A stretch of 63,972 nucleotides of DNA, filler included, from Octopus bimaculoides (taxonomy: Eukaryota), in the NCBI RefSeq assembly GCF_001194135.2. It is 3 parts of 3 records of this genome, joined end to end, with 100 filler letters (N's around TTAATTAATTAA, not from the genome) between each part and the next. Parts side by side here need not be neighbours in the genome. Positions count along the whole stretch, not along the records: positions 38,118 to 63,972 come from NC_068996.1; 2 more parts are not named here. The stretch is one strand, 5' to 3'. Shown one piece after another: positions 51,724-63,446 of the stretch (position 1 is its first letter; each line of letters opens with the position of its first letter). The notes beneath the pieces were generated by a model that worked only from the letters and a program-made list of their open reading frames with translations, was not told where the DNA came from and did no database searches. A program made the translations under genes and the position numbers.

Positions 51724-52623
51724 TTAAAATTTTTCATTAGTGTCTTTTAAAATCTCTACAATTTCCTCGTAAAATACTTTCAAAGTTTGAATTAATTTCG
51801 GTGTCAAATAATCAGTTGTATCCAAAACATTAGCCACAGGGAAACAGGCGCTTTCTATTTTTTTCATTGCTTCTGACAACAAAATGTTTCTTTTCGTAAC
51901 AGTTTCCAAAGAATACTTCAGTTGCATGTTATCATGTTCTAAACTTATGTTGTTCTGCTCCAGTGCCGTTGTAATTGACTTGAAGTAGTTATTGTCATTA
52001 GCAGTCATAGCGCTCGAGATTTCGTCGGAATCTACTGGCATTTTTGGTGCATCTTTCTTATCTGTTTTGATTTCCGTATTTGTGGTATGGTTTTTACATT
52101 TCATATCCTGTTCCATATTCATTAATTGTGCTTCGATTATTGCTTCGGGTTCGGGTGAATCCTTATCGACTTCAGGAGTAGGTGTTCCCGACTTCGAGGT
52201 ATCACCGATATTCTTAATTAACGTTTTTTTCTTGCAATATTGAGCGCGCAGCTGGAGTATATCATAGGGCTGCGAGTTGTAATTCGCATCAAAGAATGCT
52301 TTAAACCACAATCCAAAGAAAAAGTTGTGCTTAAATGTTCCCTTTATCAGGTCATCAATAGGAATGTCCTTCTTCAAATTAATCGAATTCAGTGCAGTTC
52401 TAAATTGCTTGAAATTCATGCGTCTGAAATACTCACAAGCATCGACAAATTTTACTTTTCTGATATCTATGCTACCTGGAAATAATATTTCCATGCCGAG
52501 GCAAAAATCTGCTCCTGTTGCAAGTTCTTCAATATTCTGAATGTCAGGTGAAAGGTATTTTCGAAACCAATTGAGCAATTCATTTTTACTGATATCTTTT
52601 ACATGAAAATGAGTGACTGCCAT
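51724..52623 (-). CDS. MAPRE: Intronless, divergent EB1/RP-EB family microtubule end-binding protein (299 aa)
   Basis: Open frame from aattATGG. CH-domain motifs MAV..., S+.ELL.W, IEEL.TGA.FC..MEILFPGSID.RKVKF, NFK, IPIDDLIKG.F..NF.F..WFK.FFDANY. EBH-like LKYSLETVTK...KKIESAC and IVEILKDTNEKF. Symbol is family-level, not an orthology call. Confidence 0.88.
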   Translation of the reverse strand: MAVTHFHVKDISKNELLNWFRKYLSPDIQNIEELATGADFCLGMEILFPGSIDIRKVKFVDACEYFRRMNFKQFRTALNSINLKKDIPIDDLIKGTFKHNFFFGLWFKAFFDANYNSQPYDILQLRAQYCKKKTLIKNIGDTSKSGTPTPEVDKDSPEPEAIIEAQLMNMEQDMKCKNHTTNTEIKTDKKDAPKMPVDSDEISSAMTANDNNYFKSITTALEQNNISLEHDNMQLKYSLETVTKRNILLSEAMKKIESACFPVANVLDTTDYLTPKLIQTLKVFYEEIVEILKDTNEKF

Positions 52624-52854
52624 AATTGAAATATGATAAACGAAGAAATGAGAGAGCGACAAGTCAACAGAATAAAGAAAATTACGGATTCCACAGATAT
52701 TATTAACGTTAAAGAATTTAAACGTTAACTATTGTATGATAGCGTCTGTTACTTTTAGATTCCTTTGATTTTGCAGTTTTTTATGTTTTTGCTTTTTTTC
52801 GAGAATAGACAATTTTTTTTCTGTTTGAAGAAAAACTAATTAATAAAACGTGAT

Positions 52855-52873
52855 TTGCTAATGACGTAGCAAC
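52855..52873. promoter_or_regulatory. Palindromic element TTGCTA-ATGACG-TAGCAA (CRE-like core with RFX-half-site-like arms), about 230 bp upstream of the EB1-like ATG
   Basis: Motif seen directly; function inferred. Confidence 0.35.
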
Positions 52874-53734
52874 GCTAAGACTTCGTTTTTATTTTCTGCA
52901 TTACACTTTCCTGAAATAACGACATTATATTAAACATGCAATGATCATTCTCCACAGACACGTGTATGTGCGCGTGTTTAAGTTTGAGAGAAAGAGTGAG
53001 TGCGTATGTGTGTGTGTGTGCTACAAGGCAAAGAATTGGCAGAATCATTTAGAGAATTGCGCAAAATGCTTTGCAACATTTGTTCTGGCTTTTTCAAATA
53101 CTATTTTAACTGAACTAGACAGATGAGTTCTGAGGAGTCAACAGTTCAACTATCAAGATCGGTTAATTTAAGTAGACAATAATGTGTCTTAGTACAACAT
53201 CTCCGCAAGGTTGTAATTGAAAGCAAACTGAATATGTTGTATAGATACGATAATCTTTATCTAATTTATCTTTACTACACTGTGGAGCTTAACGTTGACT
53301 TAAATGGTTTCGTCTTCAAAACAGCAAAAAAGAAACAAAGCAAGAAAAACAGAAGAAAAAAAACAAATTCTGTTTCGTTGTATAGTCAAGTTTCATCACA
53401 ATCGATAAAACACTGTAGGATGAGTTAGCTAACAATTCCACAAGCACACTTACAGACAGAATTTCCTACATATGTAGTAGACATACAGGGAAAGAGAGGA
53501 AAAACAGTCAAACATGTCGACATGTACGCAGACTGAAGAGTTTTCACACCTTAGATCTGAGAATGCCATTGCTCTTCTGGACTTACAAAATTCTGAGAAA
53601 CTCTGTGTAAAGTGGTGCAGAGTCAATCTGTTATTACATATTTACAGTTCTAACTGTATAAAATTTGTATAAAATCATATTACCACATTCTGACCACAAG
53701 ATAATTTGAAACCGCATCGATTTTTATAATAACA

Positions 53735-53859
53735 GTGGGTGTGTTGTAACAAGTTTGCTTCGGAGCCACACGATCTTGGGTTCAATCGCACTGCGTGGCA
53801 CTTTTGGCAAGTGTCTTCTACAAGAGCCTCAAACCGACCAAAGTCTTGTGAGTCGTACA

Positions 53860-53892
<33 letters not shown>

Positions 53893-54780
53893 NNNNNNNN
53901 NNNNNNNNNNNNNNNNNNNNNNNNNNNNNNNNNNNNNNNNNNNNNNNNNNNNNNNNNNNNNNNNNNNNNNNNNNNNNNNNNNNNNNNNNNNNNNNNNNNN
54001 NNNNNNNNNNNNNNNNNNNNNNNNNNNNNNNNNNNNNNNNNNNNNNNNNNNNNNNNNNNNNNNNNNNNNNNNNNNNNNNNNNNNNNNNNNNNNNNNNNNN
54101 NNNNNNNNNNNNNNNNNNNNNNNNNNNNNNNNNNNNNNNNNNNNNNNNNNNNNNNNNNNNNNNNNNNNNNNNNNNNNNNNNNNNNNNNNNNNNNNNNNNN
54201 NNNNNNNNNNNNNNNNNNNNNNNNNNNNNNNNNNNNNNNNNNNNNNNNNNNNNNNNNNNNNNNNNNNNNNNNNNNNNNNNNNNNNNNNNNNNNNNNNNNN
54301 NNNNNNNNNNNNNNNNNNNNNNNNNNNNNNNNNNNNNNNNNNNNNNNNNNNNNNNNNNNNNNNNNNNNNNNNNNNNNNNNNNNNNNNNNNNNNNNNNNNN
54401 NNNNNNNNNNNNNNNNNNNNNNNNNNNNNNNNNNNNNNNNNNNNNNNNNNNNNNNNNNNNNNNNNNNNNNNNNNNNNNNNNNNNNNNNNNNNNNNNNNNN
54501 NNNNNNNCCTTGTGAGTGGATTTGGTAGACGGAAACTGAAAGAAGCCCGTCGTATATATGTATATATATATAAGTATGTTTGTGTGTCTGTGTTTGTTCC
54601 CCCAACATCACTTGACAACCGATACTGGTGTGTTTACGTCCCCGTAACTTAGCGGTTCGGTAAAAGAGACCGATAGAATAAGTACTAGGCTTACAAAGAA
54701 TAAGTCCTGGGGTCGATTTGCTCGACTAAAAGGCGGTGCTCCAGCATGGCCGCAGTCAAATGACTGAAACAAGTAAAAAG
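53735..54780 (+). mobile_element. SINE family B pieces either side of a gap (53735-53845 head; 54509-54780 body and tail)
   Basis: Family B motifs; the 54509-54780 part is close to the other young copies. Confidence 0.8.
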
Positions 54781-55038
54781 CTACCTTTGTTTCGAGAATA
54801 AATTAGGGAAGAAAGATCTTGAGAAGTGCAAGAGTCTAATAGATATTCTATATATGGCCAGCTACGATATATTAAACTTTGGTGGATGTGGTCCTGTTTC
54901 TGAGGTAGAAAATGAAAGGTAAGTTATCTAAAAGCGTATATTACACGATGTTGCCTTCACCGTACAAGACTGCTTTTGACGTTAGACACTACTACATAGA
55001 CCTGAGGTTTAAAAAACGGTTTAGTAACATCATTGAAG

Positions 55039-55398
55039 TGTTGGCACACCGTCGCTTACGACGTCGAGGGTTCCAGTTGATCCAATCAACGGAACAGCCT
55101 GCTCGTGAAATTAACGTGCAAGTGGCTGAGCACTCCACAGACACGTGTACCCTTAACGTAGTTCTCGGGGATATTCAGCGTGACACAGTGTGACAAGGCT
55201 GGCCCTTTGAATTACAAGCACAACAGAAACAGGAAGTAAGAGTGAGAGAAAGTTGTGGTGGAAGAGTACAGCAGGGTTCGCCACCATCCCCTGTCAAAGC
55301 CTCGTGGAGCTTTAGGTGTTTTCGCTCAATAAACACTCACAACGCCCGTCTGGGAATCGAAACAGCGATCCTATGACCGGGAGTCCGCTGCCCTAACC
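55039..55398 (-). mobile_element. SINE family D, running into a gap
   Basis: Reverse complement of the 14571-14963 element. Confidence 0.9.
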
Positions 55399-56291
55399 NN
55401 NNNNNNNNNNNNNNNNNNNNNNNNNNNNNNNNNNNNNNNNNNNNNNNNNNNNNNNNNNNNNNNNNNNNNNNNNNNNNNNNNNNNNNNNNNNNNNNNNNNN
55501 NNNNNNNNNNNNNNNNNNNNNNNNNNNNNNNNNNNNNNNNNNNNNNNNNNNNNNNNNNNNNNNNNNNNNNNNNNNNNNNNNNNNNNNNNNNNNNNNNNNN
55601 NNNNNNNNNNNNNNNNNNNNNNNNNNNNNNNNNNNNNNNNNNNNNNNNNNNNNNNNNNNNNNNNNNNNNNNNNNNNNNNNNNNNNNNNNNNNNNNNNNNN
55701 NNNNNNNNNNNNNNNNNNNNNNNNNNNNNNNNNNNNNNNNNNNNNNNNNNNNNNNNNNNNNNNNNNNNNNNNNNNNNNNNNNNNNNNNNNNNNNNNNNNN
55801 NNNNNNNNNNNNNNNNNNNNNNNNNNNNNNNNNNNNNNNNNNNNNNNNNNNNNNNNNNNNNNNNNNNNNNNNNNNNNNNNNNNNNNNNNNNNNNNNNNNN
55901 NNNNNNNNNNNNNNNNNNNNNNNNNNNNNNNNNNNNNNNNNNNNNNNNNNNNNNNNNNNNNNNNNNNNNNNNNNNNNNNNNNNNNNNNNNNNNNNNNNNN
56001 NNNNNNNNNNNNNNNNNNNNNNNNNNNNNNNNNNNNNNNNNNNNNNNNNNNNNNNNNNNNNNNNNNNNNNNNNNNNNNNNNNNNNNNNNNNNNNNNNNNN
56101 NNNNNNNNNNNNNNNNNNNNNNNNNNNNNNNNNNNNNNNNNNNNNNNNNNNNNNNNNNNNNNNNNNNNNNNNNNNNNNNNNNNNNNNNNNNNNNNNNNNN
56201 NNNNNNNNNNNNNNNNNNNNNNNNNNNNNNNNNNNNNNNNNNNNNNNNNNNNNNNNNNNNNNNNCTCAAAGAGTGTATATATATGATTTAT

Positions 56292-56505
56292 AAGGCGGCG
56301 AGCTGGCAGAATCGTTGGCACGCCGGGCAAAATGCTTAGCGGTATTTCGTCTGTCTTTACGTCCTCAGTTCAAATTCCGCCGAGGTCGACTTTGCCTTTC
56401 ATCCTTTCGGGTCGATAAATTAAGTACCAGTTGCGTACTACGTTCGATCTAATCGACTGGGCCCCTCCCCACAAAAATTTGGAGCCTTGTACCTAGAATA
56501 GAAAT
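56292..56505 (+). mobile_element. SINE family A with an alternative 3' tail
   Basis: Family A head and body, then cccctccccacaaaaatttggagccttgtacctagaatagaaa; flanked by an approximate tgtatatatgat duplication. Confidence 0.88.
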
Positions 56506-58295
56506 GTATATATGATATATGTATATTTGAAGGAAGATTTTCTTAAATTAAAAGTTGTGAACAAACAGCAACGGGACTCGAGCCCCCAACTGTCAGATAC
56601 AGACTGATTCTTAACAGTTTACCTTAAAGAAATTAATTAAATAAATGGAGATAAATTAATTATCTTGTAGTAGAATTAGTGGTTGCCATCGCGTTAATAT
56701 ACACGAGGATGCTTGCAAAAACAGTTTCAGTAAGACTTTTGTGCAAAGAGATAGTTGACAGTCTGAGCGCCATTGAGCTGGTAGTGCTAGAGTTAGAACA
56801 AGCGCAATAATAAATTCATCATTACTGTTTGTAGATCTCCGCTTGCAGATCCATAATCTCAGGAGACGTAACTTGGAAGCTTCCGAATAAAAAAAAAGAA
56901 ATGATTAAGACAGAATCCTAAAATATCTCGAATATATATATATATANNNNNNNNNNNNNNNNNNNNNNNNNNNNNNNNNNNNNNNNNNNNNNNNNNNNNN
57001 NNNNNNNNNNNNNNNNNNNNNNNNNNNNNNNNNNNNNNNNNNNNNNNNNNNNNNNNNNNNNNNNNNNNNNNNNNNNNNNNNNNNNNNNNNNNNNNNNNNN
57101 NNNNNNNNNNNNNNNNNNNNNNNNNNNNNNNNNNNNNNNNNNNNNNNNNNNNNNNNNNNNNNNNNNNNNNNNNNNNNNNNNNNNNNNNNNNNNNNNNNNN
57201 NNNNNNNNNNNNNNNNNNNNNNNNNNNNNNNNNNNNNNNNNNNNNNNNNNNNNNNNNNNNNNNNNNNNNNNNNNNNNNNNNNNNNNNNNNNNNNNNNNNN
57301 NNNNNNNNNNNNNNNNTATATATATATATATATCATGGAAAAAGAAAAAAACTCACTCCAAGCCCCATATCTCGTAAAAACAAAAGATGCGACTAATGAT
57401 AGGATAGGATATGATAATTACCAAGATATTGTACTGATATGTAGCAAATAGATAAATAAACAAATAAACTAACCCGCAAATAAATAAACAAACAAATAAA
57501 TAAATAAATAAATAAATAGATAAATGCGAAGTAAAATGGAAATAAGGAGCGAAAGAGAGGGTGCGGAAAACACGTGTGGCGATACGCTTAAGGCGTAATA
57601 AATGATCCAGATGTAGTTGAGTATTTTACTGATGGTAATCTTTTATTTCACGTGGACTTGAGGAGTTTAAAATATAAAAATTAAATAAATTGTTCTGTAA
57701 TTTTTTTTTAATTGAATAATGATTTTAGTCTGTTAATTATATAGTAAACGAACGAAATTTTCATCAAATATAATTGTATTTAGATAAAATTAAAAAAAAA
57801 ACAAAACAAAACAAACAAACACATGAAGTTATTTTACCAAGATTTGGCCCCTACGATAAATATATGTCTATGTGAATGTGTGTGTGTGTGTGTGTGCGTG
57901 TGCGCGCGTGTGTGTGGTATAAATGAGTGTTAGTGCGTGAGTGTATATATGTACGTGTATATGTGTATTTTTATATGTTTGTGTAGATGTTTGTATAAAT
58001 GCATGTATATAAATTATATGTGAGTGTATATATATATATATGTATGTATACCTAACTATCTATATATGTATTTATACACACACACACACAGATATGTGCA
58101 TGTGTATGTGTGTGTATGTTTGAATGCGTGCGAGTATACATATATACATTATATACATATATACATTATATATATATATACATTATATATATATATACAC
58201 TAACGCATACAAGGAATCAAGGAATAGTCATAAAAATATAAAACATATATACAATCACATGAGGACAGCACAGATATTTATGAACAAATGTGTGT

Positions 58296-58338
<43 letters not shown>

Positions 58339-58686
58339 ATCACATACCCGTGTATACGTATTGAAAACATTTGTGTTCGAGTTTAATTACTTTTATTACT
58401 CGTTTTCTACATTTCGCCATTATTCCTACTTTGTTTATTTTACAATAAATGCCGTTCCCAAGTCCAGTCACATTCGGGAAAGTTGCATGATCTTATCTAC
58501 AAAATACAATAACGATAGTGATAAATTGCCGCTGCATCTTGTTGTTGGCAGAGAGGAAGAGGAAGGGAGACAGAGAAGAAAGAAAGAAAGAAAGAAAGAA
58601 AAAAAGAAATAAAGAAATAAAGAAAAGAGAGTGTGGGGGACAGATCGTTGGAATGGTGTTGTGTTAAAATCGTCATCACTAAATTT

Positions 58687-58726
<40 letters not shown>

Positions 58727-58728
58727 TC

Positions 58729-58768
<40 letters not shown>

Positions 58769-58845
58769 NNNNNNNNNNCTATCTATCTATCTATCTATCT
58801 ATCTCTCTATGTATATATATATACATACATACATGCATACATACA

Positions 58846-58877
<32 letters not shown>

Positions 58878-58878
<1 letters not shown>

Positions 58879-59115
58879 CGGGTTCAGTCCCACTGCGTGA
58901 CACCTTGGGCAAGTTTCTTCTACTATAGTCCCAAGTTAACCAAAGCCTCGTGAGTGGATTTGGTTGACGGAAACTGAAAGAAGCCCGTCGTATATATATC
59001 TCCGTGCAGGGGTCTGAGTTTGTCCCACCGCCGCCACCTCTACCACCGCTTGACAACCGGTGCTGGTGTGTTTACGTCCCTGTAACATAGCGGTTCGGCA
59101 AAAGAGACCGATAAG
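58878..59115 (+). mobile_element. SINE family B, partial
   Basis: gggttcagtcccactgcgtgacaccttgggcaag...gcggttcggcaaaagagaccgata. Confidence 0.85.
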
Positions 59116-59189
59116 ATACCGTCCTTTTTAGGAAAGTGTCCCTCTGGAAATAAGCAACAATTACTTAGAATAATTCTGGAGGAGTACGG

Positions 59190-62013
59190 GTAGATAATTT
59201 GTAGTGCACGGTTCCAAGCAAATTTGTACGGCCTTTCAGCAGCATTTTACTCAACTCTTCAGAGAAAGCGATAGACCACAGAAAAGTATGGGCTTAATAC
59301 CTAGCTCGACGGCCTGCAGCAACACTCGGAAGAAGTTAGGCTCTATAAAAGGACAAATAAGGGCATCCGAGATACAAGAAGTATTAAGTGGCAAAGGACT
59401 CTCAATTCATCTGAATTGTCTTCCCTTTGTATTTTGTTGTTACATGCCAGAGCTATTTGGTGACCTCTTGGCAAACGTCTAACACAACTGGCAGCAAAAC
59501 TGGCGAATTGCTAATTCTGTGAGCCGAGATATAGTAACTTTGCTGAAAATTAATACGGCCGGGTTCGCACCCGGGCAGTAGCAACAGAGTTTACCCACTA
59601 CACTTCTCGGTCCACCATAATTGCCTCTAAGTCCTGGATATATTCCAGGCCAGTGACTGCAAACAAGTGTCAATGTAAGTGTAATGACGTTTTCCTCTTC
59701 CTGCATCATCGTGAAGTGGGTTCCACAAGACTAATATGGATGCTTCCAGTCCAGGGTGGCGCACACAGTGACCAGATAGTCACAGCCGTCTTTGCATGAT
59801 CTTCTCGATAACTTCCGGCAGGTCCCCATAAAGGCACCCATTTGTCATATGTTGCTGCCATTTCATATTGAGGCCCATTCTTAGTATCCTTGTGTAACAT
59901 CCATTTAACCTGTTTGATAATTTATATGTCAGTGTGCAATATGGGGGATATTATAGACAATTTCCTTCCCCATAGCCCTGGAAAATGCAGAGTTTAAAAT
60001 GCTGGCTAAAGTGTTGCCAAAGAAGTTGGCGCTTGTCGCGGACGGTTTGGTTGTAGAAGCTCAAACGTGTGCAATTCCCAAAAGAACCATCCACGATGAC
60101 CTCCACTTCATGTGTTACATTATGGTGTTAATGAATAGGAAGCCTAGTTTCGGCGGGGATCTGAGCAATTTGGATTAGTCCAAAGCCTTCGATAGGGTCG
60201 ATTGTTGCTACTTGGCAGTAGTCCCAAAAGCAGAGGGTTTTCAGTGGCTGGATCGAAGCAATGCACGCTGGTGCTTGTTCGGTCGTAAAAATAAACGGCC
60301 ACCTCTCAGAACCGTTGCATATCTCGCGCTTGATCCATCAGGAATGTCCTCAAACTGCGGCACTCGAGCCTTTGCTGCGGAAGCTAGAACTCTTTTGAAG
60401 CATCCCCGCTTCGAATTGAGATGCAGAAGAGCTGTGTCGGCATATGCGAATAATATCACACTCATGGTGCCAGATACCATGGGAGTTCAGTTAGTCAATT
60501 CCATTTTAAAGGAATACAAAGCTCTGGCAGGAGCTAAGATAAATCGCAACAAGCCGACTGGATAGATAAAACTAAGACAGCGAACAGTATGAGAAGTCGA
60601 TGGACAGACGGGCCAGTGAAATTGCTCGGTGTCTGGTTTGGTCCAGACCTCCAGGGTTGAGGTTTGAAACAGAGTGGCCAGTCTCACTCAGAAATGGGCG
60701 ATGGGAAATTATATCTGACCGGTCGTGTAGAGGTGGCGGAATACATACATAAACTCTTTAATAACTTATCACGTGACTGTTGTACCTCGCCCCAGCTCAC
60801 GTCTAGTCGAACTGGAGCGTTTACATTTCCGCTTCCTGTGAAAAGGATGTGTTCCCCTGGCCAGGCGCCTTTTGGATGATGGGCTTGGCATGTCACGACT
60901 ATTAACGCGCAAACACGCTGCAGAAACGTCACTTCCAGAGTTACCTTGGCGGTGAGCTGATGTGGTCTCCGTTTGTAAGACACATTTTCCATAGTTTATT
61001 TCTTTGATGGAACTGTAATCTCAGGTCAAGAAAAGACCAAGATTAGGTGCTTAACATCTGGAATATCATTAGACGCTCACTCCCCTCCACTAGTTGGCCA
61101 ATTGCGGTAGCTGGAACTTCTACGGTAGCAATATATGGAATCTCGCGAAAACGTTCTCGGCTAAACTCTAGGCGTCGACGAAGATGAACTAGCTGGTTTT
61201 TTTCAGAGGGCTTTCGGGTCTGGTACTATCAAGGATAACTTCCAGAAATTCCTAACCCGGCAGTGCTACCGACGATAAACTCTACAAGCACAGAAAAGCT
61301 GTCTAGCGAGACTGTCCGAGATGCGCTTTCGATGATGAAACCTTTCTGCATGCACTCGCGTAGAGTCTCAGTATTGTTGACTTGTGGAGCTATGTCGCGC
61401 AGCTGTTATCACGAGTCGGACGAATCTGACTATCAACCGAATCCATCGTGGGGATTGCCTTACCACCCACTTTTATCAAGGCAAGGCAGGCGGTATTCCT
61501 CTGTCTAGCGGCTATGGTGAAAGAGATTGTATGGTGGTCGAGGCTGCAAAGATTGAGTAAGGAGTCTCTCCGCTTCGGTCAAATACTCATCGTCTGTATA
61601 AAGTTCCACCTGAGAGTGAAAGTGAAGGTGGGAAGGGAAGTGTGTCCTCCTATTGAATTTGTGAAAAAGTGGTTAAACGTGTCGAAAATGGTTAGAGTGA
61701 ATATTCTCACTCTAAGTATGCGTCTGTAGATTGGAAAGCATGTGAGAGGACTCGCACCTTTGTCGGTCAGGGTAATCCTGGATCTGGTGGAGTTCTTGAT
61801 TGGTCCTGTTTGAAGCATCTCCTGTACCAAGAGGATTGAATCATTCATATTATCACACACACTTTGTATTCTGTGTATACTTTTATTGCATTTCACTGAT
61901 CTTTTCCGTTTATTTCTCCCCATCCTTTATGTAAATCCCTACACAAATTGTTTGTCATCTTTGTGATGCTCCCCCCCCCGCCACTCATGTCTGCTATTGA
62001 GGTTAATAAAAGA
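59190..62013 (+). mobile_element. Decayed L1/Tx1-like LINE (RT, C-terminal Cys region, 3' UTR with AATAAA at 62005), with an insertion at about 59553-59937
   Basis: SRDIVTLLK, GDIIDNFLP.IALENAEFKMLAKVL, QTCAIPKRTIHDDLH, LD*SKAFDRVD, VSAYANNITLM, EYKALAGAKIN, RVASLTQKW...LSLTGRVEVA, CRSCYHESDES. Confidence 0.85.
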
Positions 62014-62020
62014 AATTAAC

Positions 62021-62395
62021 ATTATTACCTCTGCCTTAGCGAAAGCGTAGGTATTGTTTTCAGTCGTGTTTGTTTGTTTGTTTGTCCGTGAACAAGATAT
62101 CTCAAGAACCGCTGGATGGATACGGATGAAACTTTCAGAGATTTTTGGCCTCGTCACTGGCACGAACTGATTAGATTTTGGAATCGATCCGGTAACGGAC
62201 AAGAATTCTGGATTATTTTCCTGTTTTTTAACTTAATTTTTAGAATAGTCGGATTCATTTTTACTATTCTTGTTTGTGAGAGCAGTGGAGTTTGTTTCAG
62301 ACATTCTCATTTCAAAAACCATCTCCGATTAATCGTTGAGAGGGTGTTGGTGTTGCCTTGGCGGAGGTTTACGTTCACTGAATGTTCTTGTTTAT
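62021..62395 (+). mobile_element. Helentron-type non-autonomous element (HINE/DINE-1-like)
   Basis: Subterminal inverted repeat acctctgcc (62027-62035) / ggcggaggt (62360-62368), adjacent short hairpin around gcgaaagc, (GTTT)n microsatellite, T-rich ends. Confidence 0.75.
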
Positions 62396-63144
62396 TATTA
62401 TTATTATTATTATTGTTGTTGTTGTTGTTAATATCATCATCATCATCATCATCATCAATTTCATCATCAACAATAATGTCATCATTAACCTTATTGTCAT
62501 AATGATCATCAACGTCGTCAAAAATGCACGTTTATAGTGCATTCTGTTAATTTTTTTTTTTTTTTTGTCTGCTGTTTCCCGTCCTATTCGTTAATTACCA
62601 TTTAACATCAGAAACATCATCTTTAACTGTGGTTCTCTTTGAGGATCGATTCGAAAATAAGCACCTTGACAACAGTCGAACCACAAACTGTAACTCACTA
62701 GGTGGGCTTCACATTTTAATTTCATGTTTCTCGTGTTTATCTCCTCCGCCTTAATAGCTTAATCTTTTAATTGTGTTGTATGTCGAGGCTAAATAATTTT
62801 ATATTTTTGAGTTCTTTTTCTTCAGCAAGTATATAATTAAAATATTCAACTAATTATACCAAAAAAGGAACCAACTCGAACAAATTTCTTTATTCTGTAG
62901 TTAAACTTGNNNNNNNNNNNNNNNNNNNNNNNNNNNNNNNNNNNNNNNNNNNNNNNNNNNNNNNNNNNNNNNNNNNNNNNNNNNNNNNNNNNNNNNNNNN
63001 NNNNNNNNNNNNNNNNNNNNNNNNNNNNNNNNNNNNNNNNNNNNNNNNNNNNNNNNNNNNNNNNNNNNNNNNNNNNNNNNNNNNNNNNNNNNNNNNNNNN
63101 NNNNNNNNNNNNNNNNNNNNNNNNNNNNNNNNNNNNNNNNNNNC

Positions 63145-63446
63145 CTAGTACTTATTCTATCGGTCTATATTGCCGAACCGTTACGTGACGGGGACGTAAA
63201 CACACCAGCATCGGTTGTCAAGCGATGGTGGGGGACAAACACGGACACACAAACACACATACATATATATATACATATATACGACAGGCTTCTTTCAGTT
63301 TGCGTCTACCAAATCCACTCACAAGGCTTTGGTCGGTCCGAGGCTATAGTAGAAGACACTTGCCCAAGGTGCCACGCAGTGGGACTGAACCCAGAACCAT
63401 GTGGTTGGTAAGCAAGCTACTTACCACACAGCCACTCCTGCGCCTA
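63145..63446 (-). mobile_element. SINE family B
   Basis: Reverse complement of family B from head (aggcgcaggagtggctgtgtggtaag) to gaataagtactag, next to a gap. Confidence 0.9.

Noticed and set aside
52624-52662. 13-codon N-terminal extension of the EB1-like ORF given in the track
   Set aside because: It starts at TTG. The ATG at 52623 has a good context and aligns with the MAV start of EB1 proteins.
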